Shown here in pieces: positions 10,743-25,608 of a stretch of DNA of 64,000 nucleotides. The position numbers and the translations under genes were made by a program. Position 1 is the stretch's first letter. Every line of letters begins with the position of its first letter. Under the pieces are notes generated by a model. It was given only the letters and a program-made list of their open reading frames with translations. It was not told the origin of the DNA and did not search any database. This stretch comes from Takakia lepidozioides (Eukaryota > Plantae > Bryophyta), in NCBI GenBank assembly GCA_030704615.1, contig CM060734.1, positions 41,230,001-41,294,000 of the forward strand, written 5' to 3'.

Positions 10743-13700
10743 AATATAAAGTTAGCCCCTAGATCGCATGCTAACATCAAATTCTTACATTTTTCCTATA
10801 GGCCCCCAGAGGCCTATAAGGGATTTTGTGTTAGAAACCACTGATATGAAATAGTTTATCTGGTATCCAGTGAGCAAGAAAAAAAAACCAGCGTAAGCAG
10901 AATCCATATGTTACTTTAATAGGATCAGTTACATAGTCTACGAGTATATTTTAGCTAAAACCCTTTGGAAATATAGTAAGACACATACATTTAATAGTAA
11001 AATATTACTTTCAATAATATAATATTATAAACAGCAGTATTTTTCTAGCGTAATGTTAGAAATACTCGAGTTTGGAGAATTTCGCTTGCGAAGCCACCCC
11101 CCCACCCACCAAAAAAAAAAAAAAAAAAAAACCCAAAAATCAGAAAGATAATTTTGCTAACGAAACTCTGTGCTCACTTAAGCATAGATTTGGAACATGT
11201 TTCGTAATGTTGTCGCGTGAACGCATTTTCGTTTCGTTGTCGCACATTCTTAGGATTTCTGGGGAATATGTGGAATATGCCTGCTCACCCCTGACCCAAC
11301 CTCGGTGGGCCTAAGGGGAGACGTCTATTGGGTCCACTCTCAAATCTTACCCTCCTTATCCGCGCCCGTAAGTAGATTATATATGTTAAGAGAAAGGAAT
11401 ATGATGAGAAGCCAGTTGGGTGCATGAGTCAATCTAAAGAATGGGGTCTCCAGGTAAAATCACTTTTGGTTGTGATTAAAAGATAAGGTGGTTCTATAAT
11501 TTTTTCATCTCCAAAAGAGGTTTGAATCCTAGAAGTGGATCCCACCACAAGTCAGGGAGGTTGTTGGATAGAGCATTGTGGTGAGCTTGAGCCTTGTGCT
11601 TGACACCGCATGGCGATGTTACTCTGAAAGAGGTTATTTTCTCCTCTCAGCGAAAAACCAAGCCAACTGTAAAAAAGAGCCTCTTCTACTAGCGGGTACT
11701 CCCCTTGTCAAGGGTAGGATATATATATATATATATATAGCGGGTTGCCTACAGAAAGACAGCTTGTCCACTTTCTATCATGTTTCTTTCGATGGCCTGT
11801 GTGTTGAGCACTCTGACGTTAAAGAAACTTTATCTTTATCTTTATCATGCGTTTGTTGATGAGGTATAGTGAGAAATCTAATGTGGGTGAGGTGGAGAGA
11901 AAGGACCCCTTTTGTTTGTTTCTCTTAGCTTCTCCCTCTTCGACTTGGTTAGGAATTTTTAGTAGTTCCTCTTCTCTTGCTTCCTCTTCTCCCTGTATTC
12001 TGAACTTTAGGCTCGGAGTGTTACCTCTGTAATCTGCGTTATGGCTTCCTGTAAGACTATTTTTTCCTTACTTTTCATCAATAAAACTTCCAGGGCTACA
12101 ATGAGTCCCCCTGTTCTTTAAATAAATTAAATAAAGAAAAAAGAAATAGAGAGAGGAGCATGGTCCAGTTGGTAGTGGTGAAGAGAGCCCTTGTACCAAC
12201 AATATGTCACTCCAAATTTGCCAGTGGGCTCCATTGTATATAAGAGATTTGGGTGAGAGTGAAGCGTGTGATTGCAATTCTGGCAGACAAACTCAAAAAC
12301 CCACAAGGGACTGAAAGAGTATTCTCGGTGCATCATAGTGGGGATGCGTGCACACTGAGTTCCCTCTCTCGTCTTCAATCCCGAGAAATGCCTGCAATGT
12401 ACATGCCACAGGAATGGGTTCAACAATCTCTCTATAATTTTTTAAGCGTAGTACAAATCTCAACGGACCAATTTATGGGAGACCGCGCCATACTGTTTGA
12501 TAGTAGATACCATCGTCTTTGTCAACCCCTGTGTACTACGGACATCGATTAAAAACTAGTTTCCTGAGCCAGGCGCCACCTTCAACAGGCCTCTACCTTA
12601 TGTTTGATAGTTCTCGATTTTGGCGTTGGTACTTCATCCTTCACTTTGAATCGTAGTCAGTTTTGAACTAAAGCTGCAGGGTGGGACCACATTCCCCCCC
12701 AAAAAGGAGACCAGTGCAAGTTCAAATTTATAACAAGTTCCCAGCTGCTTCTAATCTCGCATTTTATATGGATGATGCATGGGAAGACTAGATCCAACTC
12801 AGAAGTCTTATATTCATGGTTGTTCGAAAGGAGAACTGTGAGCGTTGGAAATTCTCTTTGACATGTAGGTTTGGAAGAGGCAAATGGGTATTGAGTTTCC
12901 CTGTAGCTGTGATAGCAGACTGGTTGCCAACAAGGACAGAATGAGAACGCACGTATTAGGCAAGACCCAGATGCGGTAAGTATATTGACTGTCACGTAGA
13001 GTTGTGCATTAGTCAAAGTAGTCCACCTTGGAGTATGAACCATTCATCAAAGTTCATGAATATACAAAGTGTCTTATCGCCTTAGGGTCGCTCGAAGCAA
13101 TAAAGCGCGACTTCAATGCATTTGCCAGTCGTTCTCCTGGCGGCTACTTATCGATATTAGCCACAAGACTGTGTGCGCCAGAGAACGGGTATGGAAGATG
13201 ATTTTCTAACTGGAGCATTTCTCTCTTCTGCATACATATCTGGCCTTCTGGGTTGTACATTGAGCGATTGAACAAGGATAAAACGTTGCATCAGTTGGAC
13301 CGGAAGGATGAGGAACCTTGAACATACTTGCCGACGTACTAATATTTGTACAACACGAGAACTAGTAATGGCTCTTCAACCGAAACAGCGAGATAAATCT
13401 CGATGATTGTCTGGTAAAATAAAGTTGGTCTGCGACTCACTTATGTTTATCCTGAAAAAGGGAAAAGGGAACAAACGAACAAACCCCTCCGAGCACCTAT
13501 TGAAGCATCCAAAGTCATGGGCCTGTCAGACCAACAAATGAGGCCGGTGAGTTTGCCTGCAGATCACTGTGAACATGACATAAGTAGCTACAGAACCGGT
13601 ACTCAGACGTTCGCAAGATTCCGCACATGAAGCCAGAGTGTCTGGATCAACGCCTGCAGCATTTGTGGTCCAGGTTTTTTGAGGTGCAGTGGCGTCTTTC

Positions 13701-15851
13701 GTCAAATGTGTAACGTACTTTCAGTGTTTTATAGCGCCTGTTCATCAGGACCTGTCTCTGTTATAGTGGTTTTGTCTGTATGGGTTGAAATTTCTGGGCA
13801 ACTTGGAGGGTCCGACTAATCAATGAACTGAAAGAGTATGTTTGAGAACTATTAAGAAATTATTAAATCACTAGTATCCCTGGACCCTGAAACTTCGAAC
13901 AGTCAAACTGTCGGATGTGACTGATTCCAAGTCTTCTACCAGGGCCTAGCTGTAAAACGTTTGTTCTCTTGACTGCCATAAAGTGTAGAAGATTGCTGAA
14001 GTTGCACCACCAATCGAAACAGCTGAGAAGAGCAATGGGGTGACTTAGAATTAGATTCCATTATAATAACGTCAAAGTCTAGTACACGAGAAGAACGACC
14101 CCTTGACGAACGAACTAATGGATTTGCCTCCATTAGCCGTGAGATCAATAGAGCATTATACGTATTCAGTGGTGATGGACTCACCGTCAGCAAAGAGCTG
14201 CGATTTTTCTGTTCTAGGCAGTTCTTCAAGCTGGCGACTGCTGGCAGTCCAGTTGGCAGAGCCCAGGCTACACTCTTTAAAGTTTACACATTCACTTTTG
14301 ACTTGCTGTAAGGGCCCTCCAACTCATTCAAAGCGCAGTACATCACTATGCTACTGCAGGCCTAGGGCTAGGATAATTTACTCAGCTGCTGATATATCTT
14401 CAGACGACATCATCATTGATATATACCATTAAATGCCTCTAATATTGTCCCGAAGCAATAATGCTCTCTCCAACATATCACAATAGGTACATACTGGTCG
14501 TGACGATCGGGACTTATTGCTGCTATTGCGGCTGCTGAAGAGGCGCCAGTGTCTGAAAATCTGCTCTGCAGTCCCCACTTCCAGAGCAGCAGTACACATT
14601 TGTAGAATGTCCAAGAAGTTTCATTGTAGTAGTGCCGTCTGCATCTGATAGTTGCATGCAGATCGCCAGCAGATAGGGCACTCTGCTGTACAATTGTAGG
14701 TCCGCCTGACTCCACTTCAGCCCACTTGACACTGCAGCTCTCAACTTTTATGATTGGGTCTTGGAGGTTTCTCCTCAAATGGCAACCCAAGTCTTGTTGG
14801 CACCCCAGTCAGCAGAAAATGAAGTGAGGTTTTCGATATGTTGGCTCCGAACTCCCAACGTCGCCCTGGGTTCTCACTGGTGTTGGGGCAGGCAGAGTGG
14901 AGCTTGGGCTCTCATGGTGATGTTGAGCTTAAGAGCACCCCAAATTAAATTTGGAATCTCTTGTCAAACTCATCCCATAGGCCTATGTTGGAGATTAGGT
15001 TCAAAGTCTGCACAGCTGAAAAGGACAGCCTGGCTGCTGGAATCAAACCACAGAGTCATCCTTCATCCAAACAGTGCTGGGATTTGAAGGTTATTTGTCC
15101 AGATTAGTTAGGGGAAAGCACAGACCTAAAAAAGAAGCCCATTGACACGTATCAGTCATCATCCATGTGTTCTCAAACTGTGGTGCTGTCCTACTCATGC
15201 CAGATTTGAACTATTTCCAAATACCACACACATTAGCCCAAGCAACATTTCTCACTCTTGCTGCCAACCAATGCAACTCTCCATTAGAGTTGTGCAGCAG
15301 ACTGCAAAATCCATGTATTTAACCACACTAAGTCAATCCAAAGAGTGATTGTGTGCGGAAGGCTGAAAAATCCATGTATTGAACCACACTAAATCAATCC
15401 CAAGATGGCCAAAACAACATTAGCTACTTCTCTATCTTGGAAATCCTATTAAACATTGTAGTGGCTGGTTTTACATGGAGGTTATAGATATGAACAGACT
15501 GAACCTACATCTCTAAACAAACTTTATTGTGTCAAATCTTCATTTTCTCATACTGCGTGCTGCAGTGTTCATTTCTGAGACCAACGGCGATCAACTTTGC
15601 CACGTGCTCACAAATAGCTCTCAAGTGGGGGTTGCTCCCAAAACATTGTAATAACCATATTGATCTGTGGCTGATATCTACACATGGCATGTGTGTGATC
15701 CATCTGCAAGATCAATAAATAAATACTTGCGTGTGGTTCAATGTGAGGATCTGGAGATTCATACAGAACTCCTGGGTGTGGAGTGCAGGAAAGGGAACTA
15801 GTCCCAGAGCACTCACTCACTCACTCTCTTTCACTCTGTATGGGTGTCTAA

Positions 15852-18800
15852 CTATTCAAGCTGAGCAATTACACCAGTGAGAACCTGAAAGCCTTGCTGG
15901 AAGTCAGACAGCAAACAATACTCATTTCGTGCATGGTAGGTAGCCATCACCCCTGTGATACCCCACACCTGACAATTAGCATTTATGGATCATACAAAGA
16001 TGAGTGGTAGATCTACTAGGATGATACACATGGCAAAGCATGAGGAACTCTATCAGACAATAGAGACGACAGAGAATGTTGGGGGGGAGCATGATACTCT
16101 TATGCACAATACTGACTCTGTAACTAGCAACAAAAAAACCAAATTCTGCTGGTCATTTCTATGAGCAGCGTTCTACAGCTGGCAGGTTATGACCCTTGGA
16201 ACTTCACATTTCTCCCAAGATCACGTCAGCAAGCATTGGTGGGTAAACCAACAGTCTGAAACCCTGAAAAGCTATGTACACTGTACACTATCAGGAGATA
16301 TCATGGAGCAATTAGCCTCACTGGACCTATTGGCAGGTAGGGCATACCAGGGACCTGTAGGAAGGACTGGCTGTGAGATTCTCTCTTCTCCCTCCTGTAG
16401 AGGAATTAGTACTTGAAAGCCAAGAAAGTGACACTTGCTACAGTTGAGCAATGGTTCAGGAGCTGCAGAAATGGGCGCAAAAAGGGGACTTACCATAGCC
16501 AGCTGTTTGGACATCAAAGCCTTCATCCTGTACTCCAGGACGCGCCAACCCCATGCCCATCATCACTTCACTTCTACTTCTGACATCCTAATCTCTCTTA
16601 GAAAATTTTCAGGTTTCATTACCAGAGTAGTACTGTACTAGTGAAATTCCACCTTCCATGACTAACCAGTAGAATGGAAAGACAACTGTAATGAACTTTT
16701 ACTACTGATATTTGAAAGTGATTACCCCACCACATTCCACATATGTTAGTATGACACTTCCCTGCTTGGATTGGCACCCAGGTGGTACTCCTCAAAGATG
16801 CAGAATGTGCAGCATGAAGTTTTATTTGCAGTTCCATGGATGGTGTCCTTGACTGTATCCAAATCATTGAGTTCGTATTGAGGGATTAAATCCCGTTGAC
16901 CCAACTGGCATCGCATGACAAAACACTGCTAAGATGAGTACATTCTGGAAAACTTTGGCAGACGACAACTGAAAGACAGGTACCTGCAACTCGCGGATCA
17001 GAGGGAGGGAGCCGGTGATGGAGTATGGTTTCACAAAACCCATTACTTCTTCCGTTGCTTTGCACAATGCATGGAAGCCCGGTGAGTCCAAGTTGCAGGC
17101 CACTCCTGACATCATCATATCGTCAAACTCGATTGCCAACCTGCCACCAATTTCAAGAAAGAACGACCCATAAATACCCAAAGGAAAAACGAACAACTTG
17201 GGAGTTGACAAGTAGATCCATGCGTGCAATAAACTCCATTGAATGATAACTGAATAACAAATTCTATAACTCGGCAGAAACCTCTGATAACTGCTGTGTG
17301 ATATTGCACAAACAGTTCAGGGTTTTTCTGTAATCAGCATGCTACTTACTCACACCAAGAGATGCAGTAAATAGGCAGTAGCCTTGTGGCCATGCAGCTC
17401 TTGGTTGGGATGGACGAAAGAAGTGGGGGAGACGGGGGAACAGGACCATGTACGACTTGTTCAAACTATCAAAGCACAGTGGGGCTTGCTCCAATCGCAG
17501 AAGGTTTCCTCTAGTAATTGGATTTATGTGCATAAGTTCATTGTGGCCATCTGGATATTTTTTAACCACGATCTCGACCACGGCATCATATGAATGAAAA
17601 TATTCAACCCTGGGGCTGAGCTTTTGGAGTTTCTCGAGCCTTTTCAACTGATTGAAAGGAGGTGCAATGATGACATGTTCATGATATCAAAGAGAGACAC
17701 CTTGTAAAGGATCTCCAGCATACAGCATCCGTAAATGTAGGAGCATCATGCCTATAAAACTGGCCTGATATCTCCCAAGCTGGGTTTACTCAAACAAAGA
17801 GAACAAAGAAGACAAATTGATCATGTCCAGTGATAGAATGAAATGAAATAAAATGGTACTTTATAACGTCCGCGAAAGAAAGAAAGAAAGAAAGATTTTC
17901 GTGACATCCACAGGTGGCCCTGAGGGCCCATGAGCATGGAGAGATGCGTGTAGTGAGGTAGAGAACAGAGGAAATATTAGGAACAAAAACTAACCTGCCT
18001 TTGATGCCTTCGTCAGGCAGGTTGTATTTACTAACAGGACCTCGTGTGTCCAAATTTTCCACATTAGCATTGATGTCTTCCACATAGGCCTTTATCTTCT
18101 TGGCCATGTCTGTCACACTGTGCTTTGAAGCCCACCAAAACAGCAATTACTCTCTCTCTCTCTCCCCCTCCTTCCACCCTATCAAGGTAAGTCGCACCCT
18201 CTTCAGGACCATCAAGAACATAGTCCCTGCACCTCTGTTCAACAACATTGAAAATCTTGATAAAGTCCTGGCATATTTGGGTCTAATTGCTGGGCAGCTC
18301 ACACACAGCAGATTGATGCTTGTGTGAAGGGCTTTTTTGAGGAAATTCGGAAAGCCCTAACCAATTGTTTACACCAAGGTAAGTGCCACTACTGGAGTGA
18401 GCCCCTCACAAATGTAGTGTCTATTCCCTCTTGTTCTGCCCAAATTGGGCGAGGTGTCTATGGCCACAAGGCTACTAAACAACATGTCATGAGCACATTC
18501 TCTCTCTCTCACACACACCTTTCTCTCTGTGCAACTCTACATCACTTTGCCGCCCTCTCTCCCCCTCGTCAATGTTTAACCTTTTTCGTCACACAAAATT
18601 ATCATAGCTGTCAAACTCGTGTACTCACTTGACTGCATTGAAAATAGGCAGTTATCCTCACCATCATACCCACCAAATTGGAGACAAATATTCCTTACAG
18701 GCCCAGTTAGTACCTCTTAGTTGATGACCATGAACTATTAAAAGAAAGGCACTTACTTGTAAAATGGTGTTACCCTGCCACAAACATACAACACACATAC

Positions 18801-21800
18801 AGGTTGATAAGAACACAACCTACACCAGAATTGCCAACCCAAATCAGAAATTTTACGTGATGCAGCATGGTTGCGAGTCAGGGTATAATCAATCCAACAG
18901 CACAAGTGACAGAAACAACAGTACTAAATACTTCCTATCTTCTGGAAAAGAAAAATGAGTTTGTCAGAAGCACCTGCAATCACCAGAAATGGTGCACTCT
19001 GCAGGAATCTGGTTGATACCCCCTCCAGGATCTGTACAAGAATCATTCACAGATTAGCCCAGATGGACCTTAATTCCTGTTTGTACTGCATATCCTGCTC
19101 TTTGATATGATCAGCCAAGGTAAAGCTTAATCTCACCAGGGGGACACAGTGGACCGTGAATGGGCTATGGCCGAGATTGTTGCCCAACACCAGTACACCA
19201 TCATGACAGCATTTCAATTACAAGTATTTTCTCTCTCCCTCCACTTTTTCAAGCCTGAAGAGTTGTAGTGGTTGTCTTGGTACAAACTTAGGCTATGTCG
19301 AAGTCAACAAATGCGAAAGTACATTTCAATCATTATTTGGCCGATATGGGGGCGGAGTTCCCGGGCACAAGAATACGGCAAGTGAAGTGTGATATAACTG
19401 TCAAAGGCCCATTAACTTCTCCTTATTTCCTTTCTATCCTTCTTTCTGTAATTGCAGGAAAAATTATGAACAAATGGTTACCACTCAAGCAAGAAAAGCA
19501 TTTATGCTTGGAGTTTTATCTCATCTCATTCATGTCATCGATGCATGCACAGCTGTATACCCCACGGTTTAAGGTTTCCACAGAGCTTATTTTACACCTC
19601 CACGTCTGTATCCTTTATATGTTAAAAGCCATAAAAAACTCTGCTTAAGCTCTACACAGCACAGAAATTGAGAGAGAAGAAGAAAGAATGGGGTTCAGAG
19701 GGGGAGGAAAATTCTGTCACAAAAAGGAAGAAGGAATATGTAACCCTCTATATTGTAATTCCTACCTCCACCCCCTAACAATACGAATATAATCTGGCCC
19801 AGAATGTAGCCCAACTGTCCCGACCTTGACTGAAGTGTGGGCGGAATTAGGTGTGCCGTAAGAACAAATAGTAGAGGGCATACAAGTCCATTGCGTCGGT
19901 TTCATTGTGGATGGTGTTGCAAAGCCATAGCGGGACTCCATTGGATGCGCTGGAAAGTCAGCATAAAAACGCTTCTGAATCTCCTTGAGGCCTTCCATGG
20001 CCAGCTCCAAAGGGTTTACTGCCTGCACCCTCTTCCTCCCTGGTCATCCAAGCTCTCTTCTCCAAAACGAGAAGATGAGGACAAAAGAAAAAAGAAGGAA
20101 AAAGGAAGTTGGTTATGTCTGGTGGGACACAAATAAAACAACCCAATAAAACCACAGAGATCACACAACTAAACACGTAAACAAGGTGAAGAAAAGGGAC
20201 TGCCATGGTAACATCCTTGTGTACATGTTTTATATGTGTGAGAGAGATGGTAGATGGAAATGAAATGGTGCTTTATAACGTCGAGGGACAAAGAAAATTA
20301 TTACATCCCCGGGCGACCTAGAGTACCATGGGACACACAACAACTACAAGGATTAAATGAAAGAACACATTAGAAAAATCAGGGTCAGAAAAAAAGAAAG
20401 AAAATCCATAACATCTTAGGAGGAGGCCTGAGAGTCGAAGGGAGACAGAGCCCAGTGTGGTAACCTTGTGAGGAAGGCCACTATGAAAGAGCTTGCCTGT
20501 GGCCCGTAGTTTCCAGGCTATCATACCACCTGTGCCAATGCAAGGCTGCTTGTCTGCAGTGTCTATCCAAAACCTGTACCCCAGAGAAAACAACGGTGCA
20601 TACCCTCCTGGTGTGAGTGTTAAATGTCCAAACAAACTATAGTGCTCACAACTGATGATCAGACAACAAAAAGACGTAATTAAGGTCACATAAGAGGGCT
20701 CCGACCAAAAGACCTTCCAACCATACAACTCACACCCAGTTTGCGGGTATGGATAGGGGCAAGGGTCCACGTGTCACATTAGAACCACACTGAGAGAGAG
20801 AGAAGAGCAAGGAGATCATTTGTAATATGAACTTTTGAACGTTGATTCATGGGCCAAACAAGAGATCAAAGGTATCAATTCCATGTCGAGTGCCAGTATT
20901 AAATTTACAGCTCAAATCCAAGATATGATAATGAATAGAGGGAACACACAAGGGCCCAGCCTTCAGCTTGTCAAGAAGACCCTCCTTCACAAGAGCGTCC
21001 ACTCCCACACCAGCAATTGATGAATTTTCTTCGTTTGCAATAAATACTGCTACCACTGTGGTCTTTAGAGCAGGCTTTTTTTCACCAAGCTGGCGAAAGA
21101 GCTCTGTCACCAGCGCCACGTGACCTAAGCAATCAGTTGTACCTCGGCCCCGCAGCTTGTCACCATCTATACTCAATGAGAAGGGATCAAATTCCTGAAA
21201 TACATCACAACGATAGCTGTTACATTTCGGCCACTACAGTCTCCTTTACTAATCAAGGTCAACTCATATTGAGTACTCAAGCAACTTGTCCCTTGAATTG
21301 GGTCAGCGCAACCAGCAGAGTGCCAACTACTCCCTCAAGCTCGATGCTTTCCGAGGAGAATTAAGAACTTTAGTACAGGAGAGCTGCATATGTAACAATC
21401 TACAAACAAGTATTTTTGGGCGTTTCCTCTCCCATCCAGAAGACAGGAATGCAGATGAGAAGCTCTGGCTTTCCCATACAACTTCGAAGAGAATTTAAAC
21501 TTCTTCACAAACACGTCCGCTATTCCCCAAGCAACACAGCAAAAATATTACTAGGAAGGGACATAAAAATATGCCAAATCTCACCCAGTCCTCTGGATTC
21601 GCGGTGACAACATCCATGTGACAGCCAACGAAGGACACAATCTTCCCATCATCAGATCCCGGGTACTCAACAATAATATTCCCCCTGCCCTCCACATAGG
21701 TGATATGCTTCACCACGAGTGGCCCTCCTTCTTCGACACTGAGAGGGGTCAAGACATCAAGCACATGGCGCACAGCGCGGTCTTCCCTGGGAATGAGCTC

Positions 21801-21902
21801 CGGAGGATTGTTCTGCAAGTACTTTGCTTCCCCGATCAACTTGGAGAGCAGCGATACAAACGAATGCGGATCCAAATGCAAGTCTTTCACAGCCAGCCCC
21901 AT
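15852..21902 (-). CDS. argE: Acetylornithine deacetylase (peptidase M20/ArgE family), 10 exons
   Basis: Exons: 21585-21902, 20950-21194, 20465-20573, 19884-20022, 18974-19031, 18757-18774, 17995-18117, 16984-17140, 16494-16527 and 15852-15952, all GT-AG. Motifs GCHMDVV, GRGTTDCLG, ANEE, GKLFHSGLPHK, TGSLPLIRELQ and TYHARNE are present. The frame is open to TAG at 15852. Confidence 0.93.
17836..17935 (-). repeat. Short intronic repeat with (CATTT)n tail, copy 1
   Basis: Core GAAATGAAAT..AAATGGT(A/G)CTTTATAACGTC is shared with 20257 and 30696. Confidence 0.6.
20257..20335 (-). repeat. Short intronic repeat with (CATTT)n tail, copy 2
   Basis: GAAATGAAATGGTGCTTTATAACGTC...CATGGGACA. Confidence 0.6.
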
Positions 21903-22121
21903 ATCTCCACTCTGAAATCTCTTCCTGCCTCGTCTCCTGCACAGATCGCCCTCGCAATCTTCTCTCTTTTTCTGAACTGCGCGATCGGCCTTCTTCTCTC
22001 TCGCTTCTCTGCGCCAGTCAAACCTTCTTCCCACATCAAATTAGACAAAAACAAAACACACAAATATTTTACACGAAAGAAGTAAGAAAGTGCTAAAAAA
22101 GAAATACTTGCCACTACATAT

Positions 22122-22161
<40 letters not shown>

Positions 22162-22281
22162 AGGGAGTTTGTTGTTTTTTTTTTGTTTTTTTGGTTTTTC
22201 CTAAGAGTTTGTTTGCTATATGCTATATGTTATGTGATGTATCCTGTTTACAAATATTCTTAAGAATCTATTAGAGCAATG

Positions 22282-22920
22282 TTTTTTTTTTTTTTCAACA
22301 GGGGACAGAGGCCCTGATAAAACTTTATTAAAATTCAAGGGCTTGTGGAGATGGGATTCCTCCTCACCTGCTTTTTCGACTTGGATGAACGGAGGAGGGA
22401 TGCGCTCCAGATGATGTAGGGATGGACGGAACTGGGATGGAGTCTGGATGAACTTACGCCTTGCGCATGAGCTGGCAACAACTTATGGCTTTATTAGGTG
22501 TTGCCTTATTCTAACAGCTAGTTTAGGATTAGATTAGGATGGATCTGGGTGATCTGGCTTCTTTTTATGGCTATGCTGGAAGGGCATCTGGCTGACCTAT
22601 ATGTAAGTGTCACGCGGTACTAGGATTAGATTACGACCTAATACTATTTAAGCTACACTACCGTGGCAGTGAGGGTGGTGGCTTTGGATCTTACGTGAGT
22701 GTACACTTGGTATAACGGTGTGCTTGAGTGTGTTGATGAATGCGTTTTGGATGTCCGACTCTGTTGCGTCCTCTTCGTGAGATTCCGTCTTCTCTACCAG
22801 GCCCATCTATCAACTACATCCCCCTTGATAGGATTAAGTCCGATAGAGGAAGGGGAACAAACCCATAGCGTCGGAATCAGGCTTCACATGCTAGAGGCCC
22901 TAAGTATCTACTAGAGCGAT
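22282..22920 (-). mobile_element. Probable 5'-truncated non-LTR retroelement 3' end
   Basis: A T14 run followed by CAACAGGGGACAGAGGGCCCTG and TTTATT (AATAAA plus poly-A on the minus strand). The same layout occurs at about 1700 and 10371. The 5' boundary is uncertain. Confidence 0.4.
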
Positions 22921-23659
22921 TCCCAAATAATCTTTAAAAAAAAATAAAAAATCTCAACCCCGCCCCCCTGTTGGCTGCCTACTTTGCATACTTTCGACCT
23001 TCCAAAGTTGCCAAACAAGTCATTTCTCTTTCAAAAATTAGAGATATTTCATAATTTGATGGGTTGGATGTTGAATGGCCTTTTTTCTTTTCTTTTCTTT
23101 TTTTAAATTTTATGGCCTTTGTAGACGTAAAAACAAAGAATTTGTTAAACATGAAACAATGCAATCGCTTGTAAGCTCATCTTGCTCTGTCACTTCAGTA
23201 AATACCAAGTGACCATTGTTGATTGCTGATTGCTTATTGTTCATAGCTGCTTAAGAGTATCCACGATCAATACATGAACGTATGATCGTACAAGCTATTG
23301 ATCACCAAAATATCAAAATATTAAAAACATAAAGCCACCGTTTATTTGATTTCTATACAACCCAATTTGAACATATATACATAGAATTGTACATGAAAAC
23401 TAAACGTATCACTACCATCTGCAACATACTAATCGTCTTCTGGATGTTCTAACATGGTACCGTAAGATACAATGCTGATCTGGTTGTCGTTACCAAGTTC
23501 ATTGTACTATGCGACTAAGTCGCTAGCATGACTAAGACTGTAAATACCGTCGACACTGATATCTCAAAGTTTTTTTTTTTACTAATAGGCCTTTGGGAAG
23601 TTTCATAAGCTCGGATCTTGGAGTTTTAAAGACAGCTTGAATCTAGTTTCCCGTAAGCT

Positions 23660-24270
23660 TTGTAATCACATTTTCTCCCAATTGCACCTATGTGGGCCTA
23701 TAATTTTTGGGCAGTAGCCCTCTCTTGTGGAGGGTTTTAGGGGGTGCCTCATCCTATCCGTCTCTAAATTGATTAGGCCTCCACCCCTCCCAAGGCATGT
23801 CCACCCCCCACCCATGTTAGGGCCACCCCTATGTTTATTGGGTTTTGGGGTCACCCACCCCACGCATTCCTGGGCCGGAAATGTGTCCCGGTTTCCATGA
23901 CGGAAAAACAAAACTCGCCGGATTTCATAAAGTGGACGGAAGCATCTCCAAGGCAGCTCTCGAGCTGCGCATCAATTGAGTCTCCTCCCGCGCTCTCCCC
24001 CCCCCCAAAAAAAACTACCATCGCCATTGATTCCAGCTTGGGGATTAGGCATGGAGATCTCCGAGGCAATTGTCAGGTCGTACGACCAATCGGGAAATTC
24101 CACGTCATACCTGACTTGATTTAGAATGAGCCTATGTGGGCCCACATCAAGCTTAACCTCAAGGATAATCAGCCTGTTTTCTAAACCCAACGGGTCGTTT
24201 TGACGCTTAGGGGTTAATGTGTTAACCTTGTCTAAATGTGTTTTTTTTCTACTCCCAACTGCTAACATTT
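23660..24270 (-). mobile_element. Retroelement RNase H (RVT_3-like) remnant
   Basis: INGDGSFF..GESAGG resembles the KLNxDGS..G.AG.G motif of LINE RNase H. Heavily frameshifted. Confidence 0.4.
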
Positions 24271-25608
24271 ATCCAGGGCAAACTGTAGTATGTTTGGGGG
24301 ACCCCATACCCTATTCAAGATACAAGGAAGGGGACACTACCTAGGGTTACATAGACTCGGCGGGGTTACACCAGCCACCCATCAAGAATCGAATCCAACC
24401 CTTTGCAATCTGCATTGCCATCACCTTTGTTTTTTGTTTTTTTTTAATTTAAAAATTTAAAAGCCATCACCTTACTAGTAACTTAGGCTACTCGCCCTAC
24501 TTGACAACCTCCAGCATTAATCTAAAGTATTTAATAGTGAATCTGAGGTAAGTAAGAGGAGGTGGGGATGATTTGATAGGGGTTGGAGATTGTGCTTGCA
24601 TTAATTTCTTACATTATTCCTATTATTTTCCAATACATTGAATCTTTCCAGGTATCTATATTGCCAATCTCTTTTAACTGGCGGCAATGGATTTGAACTA
24701 GGTATAAAAGTAAGAAGATAAAGCTGGATAAATCCGGGTGTAGATTAAAAGTAATAAATTATTTATATACAGTATTTTGGTTTTTGTGTTCGCAGACTTA
24801 CACGCACATGTTTTTTTTTTTTTTTTTTTTTTAAAATAATTTTTTACACGCACATGTTACAGTGTTACTATGTTATAAAATGTATAGAAAGCCTCAGTTT
24901 TTTCTCTTGGCTTGTGTGAACTTTAGACCCATTTTCTATTGAGCTTATGGTTCACTTGAGAATGATAATCAACTTGTTTCCATTGGGGGGACTCTGCAGT
25001 CAGTTTGTACACCAAGCTTTTGCACAATGCATCTCCCAGCTTGCTAATGCACCATATTTAAAACGATGGGGCCATTCCTTGAATTCATACAGAACATGAT
25101 GTAAGGGTATCCATTTGCAATAAAGAAAGAGCCAAGAAAAGTTGGACAATTTGAGAGGCAATGGTTACTCGGTATGTCTCTGTGATGACGGTAGTTTAAT
25201 CCCCGGATCATCCTTTCTTGTGGAACCCGGTAGGGCAGATGAGAGTTTTTTCTAAACATGTTTTATAAACATTCAGAAGGAAAGAACAAGGGGCCACAAC
25301 CATGGAACAAACAAATGACAGAGTGAACATCGACGGGGTAAAGACCAGGAGAGGAAGAGGCAGACAGGTGTTTAAGAAAGAAGACAACATTCACTATATT
25401 TGACAAATTAAAATTTAAGAGCCAATGTTGGAAATGCCCAGAGCCCAATACAATCTACCAATTGCCAATGTCCAGATAATGAGTTCTTCTATGACTGGAT
25501 GTAGTGTCATCCGTCTGACAAGCAAGGATCGGTTGTAAATTCACTCCAAAATTCTCTCTCTCCCCCTGCTGCAAGAAGAAGATGATGGATCTTTCTGGAA
25601 GCCGCAAG

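Noticed and set aside
11563-12201. Solo LTR (TGTTGG...CCAACA)
   Set aside because: The terminal inverted hexamers fit, but the flanks (AGGGT vs ATATG) give no TSD and there is no second copy in the window.
12600-15400. Protein-coding gene in the short ORFs downstream of the deacetylase
   Set aside because: No recognisable domain or consistent exon chain. It could be an old pseudogene or UTR, but I cannot support a call.
15306-15400. 34-bp direct repeat AAAATCCATGTATT.AACCACACTAA.TCAATCC
   Set aside because: A simple two-copy local duplication with no sign of function.
21903-22034. 44-aa N-terminal extension of the deacetylase in the ORF track
   Set aside because: It begins at a non-ATG codon in a GA-rich leader. 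Family similarity starts at the ATG at 21902.
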